A stretch of 64,000 nucleotides of DNA from Patescibacteria group bacterium (GTDB taxonomy: Bacteria > Patescibacteriota > Microgenomatia > UBA1400 > PJMF01): positions 37,857-101,856 of the forward strand of contig JAZQJV010000018.1 of assembly GCA_045541795.1 (NCBI GenBank), in the 5' to 3' direction. The notes under the pieces were generated by a model. The model saw only the letters and a program-made list of their open reading frames with translations, did no database searches and was not told the DNA's origin. Each line of letters begins with the position of its first letter. The stretch's first letter is position 1. Made by a program: the position numbers and the translations under genes. Positions 16,502 through 25,650 of the stretch are shown one piece after another.

Positions 16502-18154
16502 ATGATTAATAAATTCACGCCCGAGCGCCCAGTTGCTTACTTTAGTGCTGAGTTTGCGATTGACTCTAGTTTGCCGAGTTATGCCGGCGGTTTGGGAGTT
16601 TTGGCGGGTGACATTCTCAAGGAGGCTGCTGATCTTGGCATTAATATGGTTGGCGTCGGCCTGCTGTACAAAGGTGAAGATGCGCGCCAGGTGATTACGC
16701 CAGAAGGCAAACAAGCAGAAGAAAACATCGACTTTATCCCGCAGGAGCACGGCCTGGAGCTTGTCCGCGGCAGTCTCGGTCAGCCTCTGGTGGTACAAGT
16801 TCATCTCACTCAAGTAGATTTATGGGTCCAAGTGTGGCGCCGGCGCATTGGCGAGACAGTGGATTTATATTTGCTGGATCCGGATAATGAGCTCAATCAC
16901 AAGCACGAGCGGCGGCAAGCCTGGGCGATTTATGCCGGCACCCAAGAAGAAATCATCAAGCAACAACTCATTTTGGGCATCGGCGGTGTGAAGGCTCTGC
17001 ACGCTATGAATCTCCAGCCCGCACTTTATCACGTCAATGAAGGCCGGCCGAGTTTTCTGCACTGGCAGCTCATCCGTCAGGGGATGGATTTGCAAGGATA
17101 CAGTTATCAAAAAGCCAGCGAGCACGCCAAAAACATGACCGTCTACACCAATCACACCGTCGTTAAAGCCGGTAATCAGACCTATGACCTCGATCTGATG
17201 AAAGCTTACGTCAAGTACTTCAGCGAGCGGATGGGGATTAGCGTTGAGCGCTTACTAGCTCCCGGTACCGACGAAAACGGTCGTTTTGACGTCTCACTTT
17301 TTGCCCTCAATACTTCCCGCAAAGCCTCGAGCGTTTCCAAGCCGCACTTTAGCATCTGTCAGCAAAACTGGCCCGAGTACAGCTGGACTAATGTCACCAA
17401 CGGCGTCCATTTCCCCACCTGGACGGATAAACGTTTCCACGAAGGCAAACTTTCTGACGAAGACATTTGGCGTTTCCATCTAGAAAACAAGCGGGCGACC
17501 CAGAAACTGATCCAAGAGCGTACCGGCTTTGCTTATGATCCGGAATGCCTCATCCTTACCTGGGCACGCCGTTTTGCCACCTATAAGCAGCCAGATCTCA
17601 TTTTCCAAGACATCGAACGGCTGCGCAAGCTCCTTTTGTCCACCAATCGTCCCGTACAACTCTTGATGGCCGGCAAAGCTCATGTTTTTGATGAACGAGC
17701 CAAGCAAATCATCAGGGAAGTAATCAGTTACATGAGCCAAGAACTCAAATTCCATGCCCTGTTCATCCCCAATTATAATATGGAAATGGGAGCCGCCCTC
17801 ACTAGAGGCAGTGACGTCTGGCTCAATACCCCCATCGTTGGTCAAGAAGCCAGCGGCACTAGCGGCATGAAAGCAATCAGCAATGGTGTCTTGCAGCTCA
17901 CGGCTGTAGACGGTTGGACGGCCGAGGTAGACTGGTCGGCTGCCAAGGCCGGCTGGGCACTTAGTTATCCAGATACCCGCGAAAGCTTTTTTGGCTTGAT
18001 GGACGGCCAAGTTTTGCCCACTTTTTATCATCGCGACGCCGATGGCCTGCCGCGCGGCTGGATTAAGATGATGCGCGAGGCAATCAAGCTTTCCCGTCAG
18101 TACTCCGCCACGCGGATGCTCAAAGATTACGACGCCAACCTTTATCAACAGTAA
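16502..18154 (+). CDS. Alpha-glucan (glycogen/maltodextrin) phosphorylase, GT35 family, short form
   Basis: FSAEFAIDSSLPSYAGGLGVLAGDILKEAADLGINMVGVGLLYKGE matches the GT35 N-terminal signature. The PLP-lysine region (..GTSGMKA..NG..) is present. Confidence 0.75.
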   Translation: MINKFTPERPVAYFSAEFAIDSSLPSYAGGLGVLAGDILKEAADLGINMVGVGLLYKGEDARQVITPEGKQAEENIDFIPQEHGLELVRGSLGQPLVVQVHLTQVDLWVQVWRRRIGETVDLYLLDPDNELNHKHERRQAWAIYAGTQEEIIKQQLILGIGGVKALHAMNLQPALYHVNEGRPSFLHWQLIRQGMDLQGYSYQKASEHAKNMTVYTNHTVVKAGNQTYDLDLMKAYVKYFSERMGISVERLLAPGTDENGRFDVSLFALNTSRKASSVSKPHFSICQQNWPEYSWTNVTNGVHFPTWTDKRFHEGKLSDEDIWRFHLENKRATQKLIQERTGFAYDPECLILTWARRFATYKQPDLIFQDIERLRKLLLSTNRPVQLLMAGKAHVFDERAKQIIREVISYMSQELKFHALFIPNYNMEMGAALTRGSDVWLNTPIVGQEASGTSGMKAISNGVLQLTAVDGWTAEVDWSAAKAGWALSYPDTRESFFGLMDGQVLPTFYHRDADGLPRGWIKMMREAIKLSRQYSATRMLKDYDANLYQQ

Positions 18155-18261
18155 CGTATACATCTTGACGCCAATAATTTGAGTTAGATCGCCTCTGTTT
18201 GTGGTCAGTGTCTAAATTACCTCTTGACAAATTACAATTTTGTGGTATAATAGATAGGTTA

Positions 18262-19590
18262 ATGCAAAAAAAAGATACAAAAAAACAACCATTTATTAAG
18301 AAGCTCGGCGATAGTGCCTTGGAATGGATCAAAAAGTCACCCATGCTCGTCTTCCTGGCGGCTGTGGTAGTTCTCTTTGTTTTGATTGGCGTCTCCCAAA
18401 GCCAATCTCAGCCAGAAACGCCAGCCAGCGATGATTTTGTCAAGACCACTTTTGTAGAACTTTATCAACCAGGTCAGGCCTACCTCACCACCCAAGCCAA
18501 AGTTACGGATAAAGGCGTGGTCACGGTGGTGGCGCAAACTGCCGGCGTGGTGCAGCGCGTCAGCGTCACCGAAGGTCAGACTGTCCGCCGCGGCCAGCAG
18601 CTCGCCTCACTCTCGAGTAATTACCAAGGAGCGAATGCCTCTGCTCTCCAGCTCGAGCTTGCCAAGAAAAATTGGCTCATGACTCATGCCAACTTCTGGG
18701 ACCAGGAAAAAGTCGACGGTATCAATTACGAACTCAATCAAAACACTGCCTGGATGACCAGATGGCAGACCAATGGCGGCTCTGGTTCTATGGGTAACGG
18801 TGATGCTTACACCTCTTACAAGGGCTTGCAAAACCAAGAACTCCTGGACATCAGCGAGGCCATGACTCAGCGTGGTCAGCAACTCAGCCTCGATCAAGCA
18901 GAAAATAATTACTTTTCGGCACAGATTGCCGCCAGCCTCATGTATCCCGCCACCCCGGTAGCTGGCAGTGTGGAAAAAGTCAACGTCAAAGTCGGTGATC
19001 TGGTGACTGGCGGTCAGACAATCGCGATCATCAAGTCAGACAGCGGCAACGTCAAGATGGAATTATCCGTCCCGGAAAATGTGATCCGCAATTTATCACT
19101 GACAGCGCCTGCTTGGTTTATGGTGGACGGCCAAAGACAAAAAGTTTATCTGGATTTCTTGCCCACCACTCCCACCACCGGTAACAGTTATTACCTGACG
19201 ATGACCCTCAGTGATGAACAAGCTGATCTGGTGGCCAACGGCAGCTATGTGGACATCAATCTCCCCTTGGATACCAAGCAGGGTGAACGGCTCCTGCTGC
19301 CGCTCAATAGCGTCTACCAGACTCAGACTGCATCCTATGTTTATGTAGTCGGCTTTGATGACAATGGTCAACCGGTGGCCCGCCAAAAGCAGGTAGTTTT
19401 AGGCCCGGTGGTCGGCACTCAAGTAACCATAGAAAGCGGCCTGGAAGCCACTGATCAAGTTATCCTGTCCAACTCGCTCATGGATGGCGAACACATCACC
19501 TATACGATAGAACAGCACTCGGCAGAGGCGACGTATCCTATTCTCACCTTGCCCACTTCTACCATGAGCGCAGTATTATTTGTGGAGTAA
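18262..19590 (+). CDS. Efflux periplasmic adaptor (membrane fusion protein, HlyD/AcrA-like)
   Basis: An N-terminal TM anchor is followed by coiled-coil and beta-barrel segments. It sits immediately upstream of the RND permease. The start is set at the Met following a TGGTATAAT -10. Confidence 0.6.
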   Translation: MQKKDTKKQPFIKKLGDSALEWIKKSPMLVFLAAVVVLFVLIGVSQSQSQPETPASDDFVKTTFVELYQPGQAYLTTQAKVTDKGVVTVVAQTAGVVQRVSVTEGQTVRRGQQLASLSSNYQGANASALQLELAKKNWLMTHANFWDQEKVDGINYELNQNTAWMTRWQTNGGSGSMGNGDAYTSYKGLQNQELLDISEAMTQRGQQLSLDQAENNYFSAQIAASLMYPATPVAGSVEKVNVKVGDLVTGGQTIAIIKSDSGNVKMELSVPENVIRNLSLTAPAWFMVDGQRQKVYLDFLPTTPTTGNSYYLTMTLSDEQADLVANGSYVDINLPLDTKQGERLLLPLNSVYQTQTASYVYVVGFDDNGQPVARQKQVVLGPVVGTQVTIESGLEATDQVILSNSLMDGEHITYTIEQHSAEATYPILTLPTSTMSAVLFVE

Positions 19591-19593
19591 GAC

Positions 19594-22500
19594 ATGAAAA
19601 AAAACGGCATTGCTGGTTATCTAAGTAATTTACGCCTCGTTTTTTTCGCCTACGCGGTGGTGATTATCGTGGGTGTCTACGCCTGGATGACCCTTCCCCG
19701 TGAAGAAATGCCTTCGATCAATATCCCGGTTACCTTGGTTTCCACCGTTTTGCCTGGTGCTAGCCCTCAGGATGTAGAGCAGCTACTCACCAGACCGATT
19801 GAGGACAAAATCCGTGGTGTGAGTGGGATTGATTACGTCCGTTCCACCAGTATGGAAAACGCTTCCATCGTCATCATCATGTTTAAAGATGACGCCGGTG
19901 ACCCGGATGAGTTGACCCGCAAAGTCAAGGAAAAAGTAGACAGTGTAGATTTACCAGATAATGCCAATACGCCTACCGTCATGAAGATGGATTTTGATGA
20001 GCTACCAGTCTGGACGTTTGCGATCAGCGGCGAGGATAAAGTTGGTCTGCGCCGCCTGGCAGAAAAGCTAGAAAAGCAACTAGAACGGCAAGCCACCATC
20101 GACCGCGTGGAAATTACCGGTATCCAAGAACGTGAAGTCGTCGTCCATATGGATCAAGCCGACATCACAAAATACGGCGTCAATCCTGCTGTTTTGGCCA
20201 GCAACCTGGCTGCAGCGACCACTAATGTCCCCGCTGGCAGCATCAACTTAGGTGATTATTCGTACTCAGTCTCTCTGGCAAAAGAAGTCAGCGATATTGA
20301 CAGCCTGCGGGCAATGACAGTCATCCTTAATGGTGTGGAGTATCACCTGAGCGACATTGCTCACGTTTATGAGCAAGAAAAGCCTGGTAATACTAACTCC
20401 TACCAGCTGCGTGACGGTGAAGTCAAGCAGGTCATCACTCTCAATGTCTATAAGACAGCCGGCTCGGATATTGAAGCCAACGCTAGACTGGCCAGACAAG
20501 TGGCAGAAGACGTCATGAGCGATTATCCTCAATTCGAGTTGACTAATATTACCGATGTAGCGCAGGAAATCGATGACACATTTGATCGGCTCTACAACAA
20601 CATCTACGCCACTATTGCCTTGGTTTTCGTGGTGATGTTTGTCTTCCTGGGCATCCGTGAAGCCGCGATTTCTGCTATCAGTATTCCTTTGGTGATGCTG
20701 GTAACTTTTGCAGGGATTATGTTCTCTGGCATGACACTCAATTTCATCACTCTTTTTGGTCTGCTGATCGCTTTAGGTATGTTGGTGGATAACGCGATCG
20801 TGGTCACGACTGCCTTGAGCCGCAGCTATTTTGAGCGGCGCGAACAAGGCATTACCGCTTTACAGGCTGGCGTCGATGTCTGGAAAGAATTTTTTGTCGC
20901 ACTCATCTCTACCAACCTCACTACGATCTGGGCATTTTTGCCGCTGTTGATTATGACTGGAGTGATGGGGCAAATGGTAGCTCCGGTAGGCATCGTGGTG
21001 ACAGTCGCCATGCTGGCGTCTGCCATGGTGGCTTTCCTGTTGTCACTGCCTCTGGGTATTTATATCCTTGAACCATATCTACCAGTGCGCGTCCAAAAAT
21101 TACTGGTAGCTTTGGTAATGTTGACGGTCGCCGGTCTGGAAATTTATTTCCTGCCCAAAAACTGGACGCTCCTTCTCATTATCCCCGTGACGTGGTTACT
21201 CATGATAGTCCTGGCAAGCTTGGTCATGCGCTTGATCCGCTCACACCAACAAAAAAAGCCGCAAAACGCCAAGAGGAACTTCTTAGTACGCATCGTCCAA
21301 GACGGTTTTGTCAGTACCACCTGGCTAGAACAAGGATATCAAAAAATCATTGCTGCGATCTTGCAAACGCGTTCTAGCATGATTACTACTATTGTCTGCA
21401 TCGTTATTATTACCATTGTTTCTTTCTCTATGCCACTGCTCGGCTGGGTACACTCAGAATTCTTCCCCAAGGAAGAAGCTGACTCATTCCAGGCTACCTG
21501 GACTCTGCCTACCGGCACCAATAGTGACGAAGCTGATCGGGTGGCACGCGAGCTTTTACCTCAGCTAGCCGAAGGCGTGCCTGATCTGGAATACATCACA
21601 GCAGAAGTCGGCCGCACTACCGCTAGCAGTATTGCAAGTGGCGGCAATAGCAATAAGATCCTTTTCACCTTTAACCTCATCCCGGAGAAAAAACGTCATT
21701 CAAGCTCCATCCAGACGGCTGCTGATTTCCGCGCTCGCTGGAAAAATAATGCATACGGCACTGTGGACGTCAGCGAAGTCAGTACCGTGTCTACTGGTGG
21801 CAGCGACCTCTCTATGTACATCGTCGGTGATGATCTCAATGTCTTGGCTGCCAAAGCTCAAGAAATGGAAGCATGGTTGGCAGCGCAGCCGGGTGTAGTA
21901 GACATCAAATCTGATCTTGACTCCACTAGTAAGAGATTGGTGTTTTATCCGCACGCGGAGCTTTCTGCCGAATACGGCTTGTCCAATACCAGCCTTGCTG
22001 TGTTGCTGCGTAGCGCTCTAAGCGGCTGGACGCTCGGCACTCTCAAACTCAATGAAAATGATGACAAAGATACGGACATCGTTTTGCGCCAGCAGACTGG
22101 TATCCCAGATATGACTAATCTGGATAACATCCAAGTGCCGATTTCTGGTGTGGGCTATGTCCCGCTGGAAAGCTTGGGTGAGGTCCGCGTCGAGCCTAGT
22201 TTAGCCTCCATTTACCGCTATGATTACCAACATGCCGTGCAGGTCAACGCCAGTGTCATGAACGGGTATTCATCTACAGAAATTAATCAAGCCTTTGAAC
22301 ATTTTGTAGATACCGAACTCAACCTACCTCAAGGTTATTCCCGCAAGGTGGCCGGCACTCAGGACGTCAATAACAAAGCCTTAGTTGATTTGTCTAAAGC
22401 CATGGTCGTAGCGTTTGCCTTGATTTTGATCACCTTGGTCATCCAATTGCGCTCCTTCCGCAAAGCCTTCATCGTCATGAGTGTGATCCCGGTGGCTATT

Positions 22501-22926
22501 TCTGGCGTCTTCATTAACTTTGCTTTGCTCGGCTGGTCACTCAACTTGCCGGCCATTATCGGTATCCTGTCTTTGTTTGGGATCGTGGTCAATAACTCTA
22601 TCCTCATCATTGAGCGGATCAACCAAAACCTAGACGAAAAAATGCCGTTCCAGCAGGCCGTGATTGAAGGCTGCGTCAGCCGTCTCCAGCCGATCTTGCT
22701 CACTTCACTGACCACCATCATCGGCCTTTTGCCGATCACGCTTTCCGATCCTCTCTGGCAGGGTTTAGGCGGTACGATCATTTGTGGTTTGACGTTCTCT
22801 GGTATCTTGCTGCTGTTCTTCATCCCGGCCTTGTTTGTACTCATGTTTGAGCCCAAGCATCGCGGCGACACTGACGCGCAGTGGTATGCACTACTGGATC
22901 AACTCTCACAAAAGCAAGAAGACTAA
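19594..22926 (+). CDS. RND superfamily efflux permease (AcrB/HAE1-like, 12 TM with two large extracytoplasmic loops)
   Basis: The N-terminus MKKNGIAGYLSNLRLVFFAY..PREEMPSINIPVTLVSTVLPGASPQDVEQ..TRPIE matches the AcrB family. At 1110 aa it is full length. Confidence 0.85.
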   Translation: MKKNGIAGYLSNLRLVFFAYAVVIIVGVYAWMTLPREEMPSINIPVTLVSTVLPGASPQDVEQLLTRPIEDKIRGVSGIDYVRSTSMENASIVIIMFKDDAGDPDELTRKVKEKVDSVDLPDNANTPTVMKMDFDELPVWTFAISGEDKVGLRRLAEKLEKQLERQATIDRVEITGIQEREVVVHMDQADITKYGVNPAVLASNLAAATTNVPAGSINLGDYSYSVSLAKEVSDIDSLRAMTVILNGVEYHLSDIAHVYEQEKPGNTNSYQLRDGEVKQVITLNVYKTAGSDIEANARLARQVAEDVMSDYPQFELTNITDVAQEIDDTFDRLYNNIYATIALVFVVMFVFLGIREAAISAISIPLVMLVTFAGIMFSGMTLNFITLFGLLIALGMLVDNAIVVTTALSRSYFERREQGITALQAGVDVWKEFFVALISTNLTTIWAFLPLLIMTGVMGQMVAPVGIVVTVAMLASAMVAFLLSLPLGIYILEPYLPVRVQKLLVALVMLTVAGLEIYFLPKNWTLLLIIPVTWLLMIVLASLVMRLIRSHQQKKPQNAKRNFLVRIVQDGFVSTTWLEQGYQKIIAAILQTRSSMITTIVCIVIITIVSFSMPLLGWVHSEFFPKEEADSFQATWTLPTGTNSDEADRVARELLPQLAEGVPDLEYITAEVGRTTASSIASGGNSNKILFTFNLIPEKKRHSSSIQTAADFRARWKNNAYGTVDVSEVSTVSTGGSDLSMYIVGDDLNVLAAKAQEMEAWLAAQPGVVDIKSDLDSTSKRLVFYPHAELSAEYGLSNTSLAVLLRSALSGWTLGTLKLNENDDKDTDIVLRQQTGIPDMTNLDNIQVPISGVGYVPLESLGEVRVEPSLASIYRYDYQHAVQVNASVMNGYSSTEINQAFEHFVDTELNLPQGYSRKVAGTQDVNNKALVDLSKAMVVAFALILITLVIQLRSFRKAFIVMSVIPVAISGVFINFALLGWSLNLPAIIGILSLFGIVVNNSILIIERINQNLDEKMPFQQAVIEGCVSRLQPILLTSLTTIIGLLPITLSDPLWQGLGGTIICGLTFSGILLLFFIPALFVLMFEPKHRGDTDAQWYALLDQLSQKQED

Positions 22927-23879
22927 ATAAAGCGGCTGAAAAACCGTCTCCAGCGCCAATATAGTTTGGTCATGCCGGCTGACTGGCGTACCAGCAGATC
23001 TGCCCACCAGTAACGAGCCTCATATAAAAACTGCCGGCGCAAAGATTTCAGTTCTTGGCGAGTCAAAACACCGGGCGGGAAACCTTTGGCCTCCCAGGTC
23101 TTCACACTGCTCACCAGCTCATAAGCCGATTGTAGCAAGCTCAAACTCACACCGTGTGTGCCCTCCAACATTCCTTCATCACGAAAACCGCGCCGCCATA
23201 ACTCGTCAAAAAAACTTTGCCAAATTACTGCCGGACTTAGGCCTTTGGCACTACAAGTTTTTGCTTTTTCCTGGGCGGCGGCAGTAGTATATTTATCCAG
23301 CCGGCGCAAAAACTGCGAGACAGTCTGGTAATTATGATGGATGACGGCCAGCTGTCGGTCTTGATACGGCAAATACGCCGTTGTCCCTTTCACAATTGGC
23401 TGCGAATGCACGCCGGAGCGCCAGGTGATTTTTCCTGCTCGCCAGAGACGAAGCTGATAATCCGGATACCAGCCCGTCTGCTCAAAAAAATGACCAAAAA
23501 TCTCATTATTTCTGGGTAAATAGTAAATGTCTGCCTGAGGCAGTTGCGGACACGCGCTCACTTTTTTGCCGTCGACAATCTCACGGATACTGCGCGAAAG
23601 TGTGCTTGGCAAACATTCATCCGAGTCCAGGATCAGTAGCCACTCACCAGTCGCCCGCTCAAAAGCAAACTCACGTGCCGGATCAGCATAGCCGACCTCC
23701 GGATCAGGGTACTGATAAATCTTGACTTGGTCAAATTTCTCCGCAATTATCAATGTCTCATCACTACTGGCCATGTCCACCAGCACGATCTCATCGGCGA
23801 TCGCCGCTACGCTTTCCAGGGCAGCTTCTAAGTAAGCAGCACTGTTTTTGGTATTGACGATCACCGATAATCGCGCCAT
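22923..23879 (-). CDS. Glycosyltransferase family 2
   Basis: LSVIVNTKNSAAYLEAALESV..LVDMASSDET..ILDSDE (DxD) defines a GT-A fold. Confidence 0.7.
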   Translation of the reverse strand: MARLSVIVNTKNSAAYLEAALESVAAIADEIVLVDMASSDETLIIAEKFDQVKIYQYPDPEVGYADPAREFAFERATGEWLLILDSDECLPSTLSRSIREIVDGKKVSACPQLPQADIYYLPRNNEIFGHFFEQTGWYPDYQLRLWRAGKITWRSGVHSQPIVKGTTAYLPYQDRQLAVIHHNYQTVSQFLRRLDKYTTAAAQEKAKTCSAKGLSPAVIWQSFFDELWRRGFRDEGMLEGTHGVSLSLLQSAYELVSSVKTWEAKGFPPGVLTRQELKSLRRQFLYEARYWWADLLVRQSAGMTKLYWRWRRFFSRFI

Positions 23880-23900
23880 AGATAAAAATTCCTCAAATTA

Positions 23901-24368
23901 TCACTTTTTGGCCTTTACACGGGCATTAATGCTAAACTCCCACTGATCGCCATCGGAAGTATCAAAACTCGTAGAGCCCGTCAATTGGTGATAATTGACC
24001 AGGTGACTAGAAAGCGTTTCTTCGATCTCCTTTTTATTTTGTGAGATCTCCGCAATTTCTAGTTTGAGGTTGACGATCTCCGGCTTATTGAGGGCCTGTG
24101 ACTTTTTTTGTTTGATTTCGTCATTAAGCGCTTTCGCTTTAGTCTGCGCTTCGGCGATTTCACTATCATTTTCCAGCGCACTTTTGAGCATTTCTCGTTT
24201 TTCTTTGAGCGTCTTGCTGACTGTGAGCAGCTCATTGGCATTGCGCTCGATCACGCCCTGCAAAGCCGAAAGCGTTTCCGCAATTTTATCAGACGCGGCG
24301 GCTTCATCGACGTCATTATTTACTGACGCTAGGGCTTGATTTGCTAGGTCTTCTCCTGTTTGTGCCAT
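23901..24368 (-). CDS. Hypothetical coiled-coil protein
   Basis: A charged, heptad-rich sequence without recognisable motifs. Confidence 0.35.
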   Translation of the reverse strand: MAQTGEDLANQALASVNNDVDEAAASDKIAETLSALQGVIERNANELLTVSKTLKEKREMLKSALENDSEIAEAQTKAKALNDEIKQKKSQALNKPEIVNLKLEIAEISQNKKEIEETLSSHLVNYHQLTGSTSFDTSDGDQWEFSINARVKAKK

Positions 24369-24382
24369 TTGTCCTCCTTACT

Positions 24383-25420
24383 TTAATATTTTATTGCTTG
24401 TTCTACCAACCGATTACAATAACCCCACTCGTTATCATACCAGGCTACCACCCGCACTAGATTACCGCCAATCACGTTTGTCAGTGACAAATCTACCACT
24501 GATGAGTAATTAAGACCGATAATATCACTACTCACGATCGGGTCATTGGTCACCTTGACGATACGCCGATACTCATCCTGCGCGGCGGCAGTAGTGAGGG
24601 CTTGATTAACCTCGTCAATCGTCACGTCCTTACGGCTGACAAATACAATATCAGACAAACTGCCAGTCCGCACCGGTACCCGGATCGCGACTCCATCAAA
24701 TTTACCGGCCACAGCGGGATAAATTGCGCCCACGGCCTTTGCAGCGCCGGTGGTGGTGGGGACGATATTCATCGCCGCTGAGCGCGCCCGGCGCAGATCT
24801 TTGTGTGAGTTATCCTGGATATTTTGATCATCAGTATAGGCATGGATGGTATTGAGGAACGCCTTGTCTATGCCAAAAGCCTCATTAAGGATTTTAATAA
24901 TCGGGCCGACACAATTGGTAGTGCAAGATGCATTGGAGACGACAGTACTGGCCGGATCAAAGTCCTTCACGCTGATCACAGACATATCCACACCGTCACC
25001 TTTGGCTGGCGCGGAAATGATTACCCGTTTGGCGCCGCCCTGCAAGTGCAGTTCTGCTTTTTCCTTACTGGTAAAAGCACCAGTGGACTCAATCACTGTC
25101 TCCACACCGTACTTACTCCAGGGGATCAGCGCAGGGTCACGCCCAGCACTCACCGGGATCCGGACATCGTCTATCAGAATGTAACCAATCAAAGGATTTT
25201 CTGGTGTCGCCTGCTTAGCCGGTTGGAGTTTTTCAAAGCTCACTTCTTGGTGGAGTGGGCCGTAATTGCTATCGTATTTGAGTAAGTGTACCCAACCTTC
25301 AATATCCATGGAACCGGAAGTGTTAATCAAACCAATTGTCGCCGGCTTGCCTTTCGCCAGCCACACTCGCCACGCCGTGCGGCCGATACGTCCAAAACCA
25401 TTAATACCAATTGTCGCCAT
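24383..25420 (-). CDS. gap: Glyceraldehyde-3-phosphate dehydrogenase, type I
   Basis: MATIGINGFGRIGR (NAD-binding) and ASCTTNC (the catalytic Cys motif) are present. Confidence 0.9.
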   Translation of the reverse strand: MATIGINGFGRIGRTAWRVWLAKGKPATIGLINTSGSMDIEGWVHLLKYDSNYGPLHQEVSFEKLQPAKQATPENPLIGYILIDDVRIPVSAGRDPALIPWSKYGVETVIESTGAFTSKEKAELHLQGGAKRVIISAPAKGDGVDMSVISVKDFDPASTVVSNASCTTNCVGPIIKILNEAFGIDKAFLNTIHAYTDDQNIQDNSHKDLRRARSAAMNIVPTTTGAAKAVGAIYPAVAGKFDGVAIRVPVRTGSLSDIVFVSRKDVTIDEVNQALTTAAAQDEYRRIVKVTNDPIVSSDIIGLNYSSVVDLSLTNVIGGNLVRVVAWYDNEWGYCNRLVEQAIKY

Positions 25421-25520
25421 ACATTCCTTTCACTAATTTATCGCTTTATGCTTATCTATATTGTAACGCAAAAATTCGTACTTTTGACAGCAATTTTGCT
25501 GCAATTTTGATTTCCTAAAT

Positions 25521-25650
25521 TATTAGCACTCTATCATTTAGACTGCTAACGTTTTTAACTACTTTAAAATTTACCTATGTATCAATATAAATTCATTTAT
25601 TGTACACAATAAATACTCAATTTTCTTTTTCATTTTTACCGTATAACTGG
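25521..25650 (-). repeat. Full-length copy (reverse orientation) of the modular intergenic repeat, with the hairpin module C, the palindrome module B and the ttaccgtataa module A. It overlaps the stop codon of the A2M-like gene.
   Basis: The reverse complement of 25521-25622 is about 85% identical to 3853-3950. Positions 25611-25650 match 14730-14770. Confidence 0.7.
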
